Shown piece after piece: positions 53,691 to 64,000 of a stretch of 64,000 nucleotides of DNA. Under the pieces are notes generated by a model. The model had not been told where the DNA came from and searched no databases. It saw only the letters and a list, made by a program, of their open reading frames with translations. The DNA comes from Paragordius varius (taxonomy: Eukaryota > Animalia > Nematomorpha). How positions within the stretch are numbered: position 1 is the first letter of the stretch; the number at the start of each line of letters is the position of its first letter. The stretch is from the NCBI GenBank assembly GCA_964247055.1, contig OZ176059.1:310001-374000 (forward strand), given 5' to 3'. The position numbers were made by a program, and so were the translations under genes.

Positions 53691-56618
53691 GTTGCTAATA
53701 CATAATAATGCTATAAATATTTACATACTACAGTAACAATAAATAGTAAACACATAACATAAAAAGTATGTGTATACTTAAACATTTTAATGATTGCTTA
53801 AGACAATATACTTGGGCAATTCGCAATGATGTATGGAAAAAAACAACAAAATATTGAATAAAACAAAGTAATTTAAGAAAGAAAGATATTGTTTCCACAT
53901 TTAGTTGCTTTTCCCATACACTGCTGTGTTAATTGACCAACTATAGCGTAAAATAAGCAACCATATTATGCATACTGTAAATATCGTTTGGCATAAGCAA
54001 AGTAAATCGAGCTAAAAATTATTGGTAATGGTATTCATTCATAGGTTTATAAAAAACCAAGGATCTAAAAATTTGTTTTCTTTTTCACAATATTAGGTTT
54101 TTATCGTTATATAATTATATTGGAATTTTGTATTTCAATCAGGCATTTTTGCTTTTATATACAGTAAAAATTAAAATTTTACGGACAAATAAAAATATAA
54201 AGACAATTATTTTTTTCAAAAAGACACCCATGCTTTTTGCTCTTTATTTTTTTTAAAATAACCATTGTTTAAAATGGCAAGTGATATATATATATATATA
54301 TATATGTTACTAACATAATTAAATCTATACATTACAATTGTAATTAAATAGCTTATATAGATATATTAAGGTTTGAAAAAGTATAGTTGTCTTTTGCAAA
54401 AAAATATTTGTCCTTGTATTTTTACCTTTTGTCCGTATATCAATTTAATGTAATTTACCGTTTGATGATAAATTGAAGCTTCGTATAATGAAGGGTGGAA
54501 GCGTAAAATTCGCAAGTATGCTGGCTATATAATTAAAATATTTTAGAGTCAACTTTTATATGATAAAAAATTGTATGTAAATTAATATTATCTTTTGAGA
54601 CATTTTTCCCCTTACATAAAAAAAATGTAAAACATAAAATAATAAATTACCATTTATGGAAGCATTAAATTGTGACCTGATGGGTGGGGGAAAAAATGGG
54701 TACAATGTTATTAAACATATAAGTATAGTTGCTATTCTTTTTTGCATTGTTCAAGGGGTAATAAATCCAATTTTATGATAATATGAACAAAAATTAATAT
54801 TAAATCAGTAAAAATGTTTAAATTTTTATATTTTATAGGTTTTTTGAGAGAAACTATTATTTGAATATATTACATATATATTATATAATTTATTTTAACA
54901 CTATCGTCCTTCGGTTAATTGACTAATTTGAATTAAATATTTAAAAATATAAATCATCTAATAATATTTATCTACACTCACCTGGTAGGCTATGTTTATA
55001 GACACCATTTTTGAATAATTTTGACCAATTTTTTTAGAAGTGTAATAAGCCTTGTGAAAACTAAAAAGTATGATTTTGTATCAATTATATATTATTCGAT
55101 AGCTAAAATTTTTATTACTGTGTAAACTAATGAATGGGTATAAATCAGGGCTTGGAAGCCAATAATGAATAGATAATACAATATAATATAATCCACAAAC
55201 AATTGGATAAGTGTAGATTAAGTGTTTATATATATTAATTTATTAGTATTTCTACAAGGTATTATATAATAATAATAATAATATCGTATCTAATATATTG
55301 TTGTTCAATTTTAAAAAGGGCTTTACTGAATTAAAACAATATTGATATTTAAAATACTTGGGGTGCCAATATTCCCATAATCATTTTGGCATGGTTATAC
55401 GATTCGAAATTTTTTTAAATCTTCTTGTAATTCCAATGTGTGGAGGTAAGTACAAATGAAGTTTTATCAAACTCAAATATTATATACCATTTACAATTCA
55501 ATGAACAATTCAAATTCACCCTCGAACAATTTAAATTCACCCTCAAACAATTCAACACCCTCTAATAAAATATATGTTTTTTAAGATTGAAAATTACCTA
55601 TAATTTTATATGTTTTTAAATAATAAAAATTTTGTTTTAATTTAAGATAATACTAAAAAAATAATAAACTATGCCAAAAAGATATATTTCATAATAATGA
55701 GCTGTATTTGTTCGAAAACACATAATTTATTTTTAGGGTGAATTTGAATTGTTCAAGGGTGAATTTGAACTGTAAATGGTGTAATATTCTTTATAACTTT
55801 GTTTTGTTATTGTGTGAGTCTTCTTAAATACAATTCAAAATTATCGCCCACTTTCATTGAGTTTACATTAACATAACACGGAAATGAAGAGCCAATAGGT
55901 TTCATGCAATGCATTTTCCTCGTATGAAAGTTTCCCCTGTTAAACAGGCATCCAAATACACTGCAGAGAAAAGCATTGGATTTTTAAGATATTGTTGTAC
56001 TCTCTATTGGGCTAACATTTCATTATACAACTATTTTTCAACTGATCTAGTTCAAACAATATCATTTCTCAGATACCAAAAAATCTGATAGAGTAATTTG
56101 CTCGATGTATTTATTTTGAATAATTACATAAGAGTGTAACAACACTTAAAGCTTTCTAAAAAAAATTTAGAAACCTGGTATCTAATACAAAACCGGTTTT
56201 AAAACGGTCCTTAAAAATTTAACTGTGGTCCCGGTTGCTGTTTCATTATTTTTTTCGGCACAACCTGTTTTCGAAAATTTTAATTGGTTCAAAAACGTGA
56301 TTCTACTTAACACTGTTCTGGAAAATATTTTATTTTTTTTGTCATTAGTAAGGATTGAAATTTTAGCATTTTTTAAGGTACATAAATTAGTTCAATATAA
56401 TTAGAGAAAATGTTTCAACTAAATTTAGTTATGTATGTACAAATCCCAAATTATTTATATAATTTTACATTTTTTTATTGTTTAAAAAAAATTATTAAAA
56501 ATTAATTTACAGTAAAAATTGAAATTATACGGGCAAACTGTAAAAATATAAGGAAGACAATTATTTTTTCAAAAGACAACCATAGTTTTCAAATCTTTTT
56601 TGAATATTTAATGTTTCC

Positions 56619-56658
<40 letters not shown>

Positions 56659-56954
56659 CTAACACAATCAAATCTATGTTTTGCAATTGTAATTAATTAG
56701 CTTCTATAAAATCAGGGTTAGAAAAAGTATGGTTGTCTTTTAAAAAAAATGTCTTTTTATTTTTACGTTTTGTCCGTAAAATTTCAATTATTACTTATAT
56801 ATATGTATATATATATAAAGTTTGCCCATTTAAACACGTTTAATTAATTATTTCAGATAAAAAAAGCTTTTTGGCAAATCGCATCATAACGGAAGTATCT
56901 TATTAATAATTTTTAATATAGGGGCTTGGTGGTAACGGTAAAAAACCCTTTTAT

Positions 56955-57634
56955 TATACCATTTGCACTTCAAGAGTGTCCTTGAACACTTCAAGTTGGT
57001 CCTTAAACAATTTAGGTTGGTTCACAGTTCAAGTTGGTCCTTGAACGGTTCAAGTTGGTTCTTGAACAGTTCAAGTTGGTCCTTGAACAATTCAAGTTGG
57101 TCCTTGAACAATTCAAGTTGGTCCTTGAACAGTTCAAGTTGGTCCTTGAACAGTTCAAGTTGGTCCTTGAACATTTCAAGTTGGTCCTTTGACTTTTTTG
57201 TTTTGTTTTTAACTTTTATCAATCAAATCGAAAATAATTCATCTATTTTATTGTTTTAAACCTATTTTCTATTATTTAACATAAATTTTAAATCGATATC
57301 AACTTTTAATCTTTGAGAAACCGTATATCTTTATTAATTTCTTAAAATAATTTTGGATATTTATAAGATTTTAACACAAAATGAAAAAATGTATAAGTTT
57401 TCTGTGTTATTAATTAAAATTTTATATTAAAAACATTTAAAAGTCAATAATTTTGTTCAATTGAAAAAAATAGTTTGAAACAAAAAAGTTGTATTTCAAT
57501 AAAAAATTTTATTTTTAAAAGAATAAATATATAGTAAATGAAGAAAATTAGATTAATAAGTAATAAAATTAAAAAATAAATGAATAAATTATGGTTAAAT
57601 TAATAGTATTAATTTTAAGGACCAAAATGGTATA
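56955..57634. mobile_element. Foldback-type element with TATACCATTT / AAATGGTATA termini and about 10 copies of 21-bp TTCAAGTTGGTCCTTGAACAG
   Basis: Termini at 56955-56964 and 57624-57634. Array ~56968-57190. Confidence 0.75.
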
Positions 57635-57638
57635 TTTG

Positions 57639-57678
<40 letters not shown>

Positions 57679-58049
57679 AAAATGGAACGGCTTTGATATC
57701 TGTTTCAGGAAAACCGATAGACCCATTCAAATCCAAATGTCGAAAAAATATAATCATTAATGAATGCCCCGACAATAGCTTAGCCTTTTTTTAAAATAGG
57801 CCCCCAGTTTGAGCCCACCCCGTGTAAAAAAGGGTTTTTTAAGACACAAGTCCACAAAAATCGTGTCTTTGAGTTTCCAGAAAACTTGGCCCATTCAATT
57901 TCATATATATTTTTTTTTTATTTTTTTTCGATTGCGCCAAACATGGTCGGTTCGTTTTTTTAATTTAGACCCTCATTTTACCCGCTCTCCACGTAAAATG
58001 CCATATTTTTCAAAAAATACGTCCACAAAAATAATTTTTTGAATCTATT

Positions 58050-59330
58050 TTCGCCCAAGGTATGAGTCCTATACCTCAAAAGGCAAATCTTTAAGTCCTG
58101 CGCTTTTTTAATATTGGCTGCTGATAAGGAGATAACCGCTAAAAACTGACCCGTAATATCGAAATAGCGTGGTTTTGGGGCTAAATTTCAGAAACCTGTC
58201 ACGTCATATGAGTTCAATAGGTGCTTAAAATATTACCCGTAACAAGGCAAATATATAGGTCTTACGGTTTCTTAAAATTAGCCGTTAATTAGGTCCTCGC
58301 CCTAATAACGCGCCACCATAATTTTTTAGTTTTGAGGCAATTTTTCCAAAAACTAATGAGAGCTTATGGAATCAATCATGATTCCTGGTATTCTCTATAA
58401 AAAGGCAAAATTTTAATCAAGCACTTTTTTTATCAGCCTCTGGCTAGAGAGCTACCCGCATAATACTGCGCCACCATATCGAAATTGCGTTGTAAAGGAA
58501 TTAATAGAAAACTCATCAGGCCATATAAGTTAAATAAGGGCCTGAAATATTACCTGTAAAAAGATAAATTAAGTCGAGCGGTTTTTTTAAATAAACTGTT
58601 TATTAAACCCTTTACGCCCTAAAAGCGCTATAAAAACTTATATTTTTTTTAAGCTATTCCAAAAACTATAAAGAACATATGGAATAAATGATAATTCCAG
58701 GTATTGCCCTAAACCAAATATTTTTCTCGAACGTCTTTTTTATATTGGCTTCTGGGTAGGGGGCTACCCGCCAACAACTGCGCCACCATTTCGATACAGC
58801 ATGCCTTCGGAGCCAAATTTCAAAAAACCTATAAATCTGATACGAACAGGAATCCATGATAAAATATTCCCCATATAAAAGCTAAATTTTTGCTCAGCGC
58901 TTTTTTATACCTGCCCCTGTAGGAGCTCCCGAACTGAGCCACTATATAAAAATTGCGTTGTTTTGGAGCTATTTACAGAAAATTTATAAAGCCATATGAG
59001 CTTATTAAAACCCTGAAATATTACCCGTAACTAGGTAAAAATTCATGCGTTTTTTAATTAGCCGTTAATTTGGGGCCTTTATGCCCTAAAAATACGCCAT
59101 CATATAACGATTATCGTGTTAAGGTATTTTTCCAATAACCCATGAGACGATGGTATCCAAGATGATTCCAAATATTTGCCCTATAAAGGCAAAGAATTTA
59201 ACTCAGCGCTTTTTCCATATAGGTCTATCAATAGGGATCTACCGGTTTACAACTGAGATGCCATACAAGCGTGGTTTTGGAACTAATTTTCAAAAAACTT
59301 AAGAAGCAATACGAGTTCAGTTAAACACAT
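58050..59330. repeat. Diverged tandem array of ~155-165-bp monomers (two subtypes, ~315-bp higher-order period)
   Basis: Recurring GCGCCACCAT-like motifs (~58310, 58469, 58780, 59094), AATATTACC (~58229, 58546, 59017) and AAAGGCAAA-like motifs (~58078, 58400, 58878, 59186). Confidence 0.6.
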
Positions 59331-60501
59331 TTCTCGGGAATTTGTATAATATCATTTTTTCCTTAAAAGGGACCACAAATGATTTACTTTTTATATTCCT
59401 TGATTCCAGTTGTGTGACCACAATTTCAAAATAAAACTTTTAACCAAGATTTCGTAAAACGATAATCTTAAAATAATTCTAATGATATTTGAATTTCAAC
59501 CTTAATAAGAAAAAGTTTAAATATGATCAATTTCGAGTAAACAATATTTGAACCTATACAATAACCTGTAAAAGAATAATCAAAGACATTATTTGAATTA
59601 AATATGTTTTATTTATCTTCTTAGCTCTATTTTTTGCAAATTATTAAGAATTATCGGTAAAACTGCATCACAGCGAAGCGTGATAGGGCAAGCTTGTACA
59701 ATATAAATTAAAATTTTACGAACAAAACGTAAAAATCTAAAGACAATTTTTTTTTCAAAAGACAACCATATTTTTAATTGATTTTTTGAAATATAAACTC
59801 CTGTTTAGAATTGCCAAGTATGAATAAGATATTTATATTGGTACCACATTCAATTATTTCTTTTATAATTGTAATTAAATAATTTATTTGGGAAAATTAA
59901 GGTTTAAAAAAGAATGGTTGTCCTTAAAAAAATATTTTTCCTATATATTTTAACGTGTTGTCCGTATATTCCCATTTTTGCTATTTTAATTTTACCTTTT
60001 TTTCAATCCAATAATTTTGTCGCTTTTAAGCTCGACCTAGTCATGAGACAATTTTTTATCTTACAAAATTTTCCCTTATTATTTTATAATATACCAATGT
60101 GTGGAATTTTTAATATTTTTTTTTATAAAAAAAGTACCGTAAAAATATTACCGCCTAATATTTTTTAAAGTGATAATTTGTTGTTTAAGGAAATAAATAT
60201 TACTTAAAACCGCCACCAAAATCCACAAGTCTATTTTTCCCTTTTTATTAGTATTCATAATTCTAACTAAAATATATTTTATCAAATTAACACCAGTAAA
60301 AAAAGTATTAAAATACACTTTATTGACAACAAAGATTAAATGCTGGTTAAAAATAAATTAAGTGTCATTAAAAAATATATGTAAATGTATTTGAATTTGC
60401 ACTATATGGATGGATTATCATCTCTATGCCCCATAGAATATTATTAGTATAACATAAATGATTCCATCACTTGACATACCTTAACTAGTTTATAGCTAAA
60501 A

Positions 60502-62151
60502 CTAAAAGAGATGCTTTGATATTAGGGGACCCTTTTCACGGGATGTTAGGGTCCATTTCCTTAACCCATAACAAACTATGGTAATCATTATTATGGTTGA
60601 ACCTGTCCAGCTATTCCACATTGGAATGATGTGTAAAAAAACGATTTGAAGAAATTGTGAACATATGATAGATGTGGCATTAAGGGCCGAAACTATCCCC
60701 GCTTTTTCGTATTGCAGCCCGAGGTAAAGGAAAACTTGACTAAGGGCCCCACATATGGATGCACCTAACAAAAACCAGCGATCCCTATAACACGGTATTA
60801 GGGTAAACAGTTTTAACGGGACTCCGACCACCACGGTCAATAAAATGCCCCACACCGAAAAATAAAACATATTTACGGCTAATGGGGTATGACTACACCG
60901 TTTAATAAACACCATAGATATGGAAAATGTAATGGCCGAAGATAGGGCAAATGCAACACCTTTAAGCGCTGAATGTTTTTGTCCAGCCTTAAGAAACTTT
61001 GGCACGTTTGTTGGTTGAGGATATCGCTGGGCTGATATATTTTGACTGAATCTGGGCATGTGACTTTGAGCTTGTAAATTGTTATACAATGATGATACTG
61101 GTATACTAACAACGCTATTAAAATTGGTATGGCCGCTATCATTTCTAATAGATAAATTATTATAAATATGGATATGTTGTGGTGGTGAACGCAATTCTTG
61201 TGGTACAAATGATTGATGACTTGGAATTGGTCCAAATATAGCTTCAGGTCTGGTTATAAAAACAACGCCCGTTATGGTAAATAGTATGACGCCAAAATCA
61301 AATGGTTTCAAACTACGCTCCTCCGGCAAAAATAGCAAGCCCAATATAATGACAAATAGGGGTGAAGTACGACACAAAGCATTAGCATCAGAGATTGGTA
61401 TGAAATGGTAGGAATAAATCATTGCTGTAACACCTATGGTACTTGTTATGCTACGGAAGGCCAACGACCAAAATTCGATCCACGTTGACGGGTTCAGTGA
61501 TTGTTTGTAATATATTAGCATGGGGAAACACAGAAAGAGTTGAAAAATTAACCGAATCATCGTTATTTCTAACGGTGAAACAGTTTGAACATAGGAAATA
61601 AGTAATCCGGCTAAAGCCGTGCACATACTTTGAATGAGTGTAAATTGAATACCCAACGTTAAATGTATGTATGCCCAAACAATTTTATAGAAGCGTTGAA
61701 ACAAATTAATTTTTCTTGTTGGTAGTTTTTTCCCCATTAACTCTCCGTCCTGGGCTAATAGCGAGGATTTGCTCATTGTAATTTTTTTATCCAACGTAAT
61801 ACATTTCAATTTATTGAAATTCGTTAAGGCTTTACATGACTTCATAGCATCAGGGTCCCCTATATGTATAAAGTATGGAGGTTTTGAAGGGGTTCCCTGC
61901 TCACCCACATTTATCAGGTGGGTGGGTACATTTAATGAATCACATCGAATATATTTAAAGGAATTTGGATGCCTGGCATCATTAGTAGGCTGAGATATAT
62001 TGTTAATAATATCTAGAGAGCCATGCGAATTAGGTATAGTTTTAGATTCCAGGTTATAAGTGGCATTGTGTTGACACAATAACGAATGATTAAAATGTGT
62101 TAAAAAATGTGATCTCCGCACAATCGTTTCATCATTTTCTGTCGTCGACAT
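60502..62151 (-). CDS. SLC35G1: Solute carrier family 35 member G-like (two EamA/DMT domains), intronless, 549 aa from the ATG at 62151
   Basis: Uninterrupted 1650-nt frame with about 10 TM helices. Motifs SPLEITMIRLIFQ, YHFIPISDANAL..TSPLFVIILGLLFL.E, GVVFITRPEAIFG, LGLQYEKAGIVS. Confidence 0.85.
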   Translation of the reverse strand: MSTTENDETIVRRSHFLTHFNHSLLCQHNATYNLESKTIPNSHGSLDIINNISQPTNDARHPNSFKYIRCDSLNVPTHLINVGEQGTPSKPPYFIHIGDPDAMKSCKALTNFNKLKCITLDKKITMSKSSLLAQDGELMGKKLPTRKINLFQRFYKIVWAYIHLTLGIQFTLIQSMCTALAGLLISYVQTVSPLEITMIRLIFQLFLCFPMLIYYKQSLNPSTWIEFWSLAFRSITSTIGVTAMIYSYHFIPISDANALCRTSPLFVIILGLLFLPEERSLKPFDFGVILFTITGVVFITRPEAIFGPIPSHQSFVPQELRSPPQHIHIYNNLSIRNDSGHTNFNSVVSIPVSSLYNNLQAQSHMPRFSQNISAQRYPQPTNVPKFLKAGQKHSALKGVAFALSSAITFSISMVFIKRCSHTPLAVNMFYFSVWGILLTVVVGVPLKLFTLIPCYRDRWFLLGASICGALSQVFLYLGLQYEKAGIVSALNATSIICSQFLQIVFLHIIPMWNSWTGSTIIMITIVCYGLRKWTLTSREKGPLISKHLF

Positions 62152-63003
62152 CACAATTACCCTCGTTTATATCGTATGAATATTAAATTAAAATAGAGCT
62201 TCTATCCTGATATTATGTGCAACATAAAATATTTTGTTAACATAGATATATTAAAAAAATGTGAATTATTATTATGTTTAAATATTTTTTATTTCAGGTG
62301 TATTACAAACAAATGTAATAATAAATGGTAATTGTTGATTTTTAATACACTTTCCATCCATGGTGTTTGAAACATTTGTGTTGTTTTAGCAATCAAAGAG
62401 CAACAACACTCTTTGGTCAATAAAAAATTTCATACTCAAATACCAACCGTGGACTAATAATAGCACATGCGATTCAAATTTTTTTGGAAATGCCTACGTA
62501 AAGTTGAATGAATTTTCATAAATCCATTCTAATAATCCTAAAACTTTTTTGTCTAGATCAGTGGTGACTAATATGCGACCTTCTGAGACTATGCGGCCCG
62601 CGATAATTTTAGATGTCCCTAATTCACAACACGTTCATAAAATCATAGTATAAGCGATATTTGTTTAATAAATTACTAAATCTATTTAATTGGGACAAAC
62701 TAGAGAATTTTACATTGTGCTTGCATTTTACTGTCTTATGTTTGAAATGTAATAAATTAGTTATGAATGTCCATATATATATTTCATATGCGGCTCATTA
62801 AGGTTTTTAGGGTAAAATATGCTGTGCACGAAGCCATTTGTGTGGATTATATACCCCTGTTGTAAATTACAGGGTGTCCAAAAATATTTTTCATTATTAT
62901 TATTTTTAATAAAAAATGTAAATGAAATCTGGTATTACGCATGTAAGAAATATGTGAATTAAATTTATTAAACCGTTTCCATAATTTTTTTTACCTATTT
63001 TAA

Positions 63004-63330
63004 CACTTGGATACAACGCATTCATTTCAGTCCTTTGATTCTAATTGGGGTAGTTAGATACCCCAGGCTTGCTTAAAATTAATTATTTTGAAAAATATGG
63101 AATAAATTGAAACCATTGCAAAAGTTTGCACTTATATCACATTACTGAACCAAATATAAAAAAATTTATTCAAAAATAATTGATGAAACTTATTCAGGTG
63201 CAAACCTCAAAGGTGAAATTTTAGCCAACATGACATATGTGCCTAAGCTAAATGTGAAAATAATGTAAAATATACCACTTTTTCTGTTTGTATCAATGTT
63301 AAATGTGATTTTACTAAAAAAGTAAAGTTC
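63004..63330 (+). mobile_element. piggyBac-like non-autonomous element, truncated or interrupted
   Basis: TTAA|CACTTGGATACAAC start. Similarity to 38331 ends just before the 21-bp array. Confidence 0.7.
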
Positions 63331-63374
63331 TTTTTGGGTTTAGAATCAAATAAACGCGATAATTTGCAAATATG

Positions 63375-63610
63375 TATACCATTTCCCAGTCTAAATAAAC
63401 GTTTTCCCAGTCAATCGAAACATTTTCCCAGTCAATCGAAACGTTTTCCCAGTCAATCGAAACGTTTTCCCAGTCAATCGAAACATTTTCCCAATCAATC
63501 GAAACGTTTTCCCAATCAATCGAAACGATTTCCCAGTCAATCGAAACATTTTCCCAGTCAATAAAAACATTTTCCCAATCAATAAAAACTTTTTCCCAGT
63601 CAATAAAAAC
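63375..63610 (+). repeat. 21-bp tandem array (TTTTCCCAGTCAATCGAAACA, about 11 units) starting at a TATACCATTT terminus
   Basis: Direct reading; no spacers between units. Confidence 0.9.
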
Positions 63611-64000
63611 GGTTTTATTTTTGATGATAAATATCAAAACAAGACATAAAATTAACTTTTAACCATTATCAGCGTAATATTAGGATATTATTTTTCATGA
63701 AAAAACAATTATTGAATGACAATTTTCCAAGTATATTCCAATGGACAATCATTACTTATTCTTTAAAAGTTATATTTTTTGTAATTTGAGATGTTTATAA
63801 GATAATATTTTTTATTTTATTGATGGTTCGCATTAATATTTGCCCAACGCTTCAACACAATTTTAAAAAGTCAGGTTTTTCCATAAAAATACTGTCGGAA
63901 AAAATATCTAATTTAAAAAATATTTAATAAGATATTTGACTACTAGAGGGGTGTCCTACCAAAAGACTTCGCGGGCCGCATTACTCAAAAAGCACGGTGT

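Noticed and set aside
55850-56050. Possible hAT transposase remnant on the minus strand (AVYLD-like peptide)
   Set aside because: Only one short motif; not enough to call.
56963-57259. DQLELFK heptad ORF resembling a coiled coil
   Set aside because: Artefact of the 21-bp repeat inside a foldback element.
63314-63637. CRISPR-like array or IDWENVS repeat protein
   Set aside because: The units are contiguous with no unique spacers, there are no cas genes and the context is eukaryotic.

Overview
AT-rich invertebrate (metazoan) nuclear DNA with spliceosomal introns; the species cannot be assigned from sequence alone. Manual splicing supports six protein genes: (1) the 3' part of a serpin (+, runs off the left edge); (2) a 5-exon secreted SOUL/heme-binding-family gene (+); (3) an ~11-exon collagen with about 118 Gly-X-Y triplets and a spongin short-chain/'collagen C4'-type C-terminal domain (+); (4) an orphan secreted, sequon-rich glycoprotein (+); (5) a 9-coding-exon TMEM268-like gene (-) that only assembles if one intron is a minor-spliceosome AT-AC intron (36491-37479); (6) an intronless SLC35G/EamA transporter (-). 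Introns and intergenic DNA are packed with transposon relics: more than 20 copies of a TA/CAGT Tc1-mariner-type MITE, piggyBac-like TTAA elements, hAT/Charlie derivatives, a complete TIR-bounded Harbinger element nested in an RTE LINE, a Penelope fragment with an inverted pseudo-LTR, and four different foldback elements that share a TATACCATTT terminus and 21-bp-period arrays. No tRNA, rRNA or CRISPR array was seen. Family assignments come from remembered motifs, not database searches.
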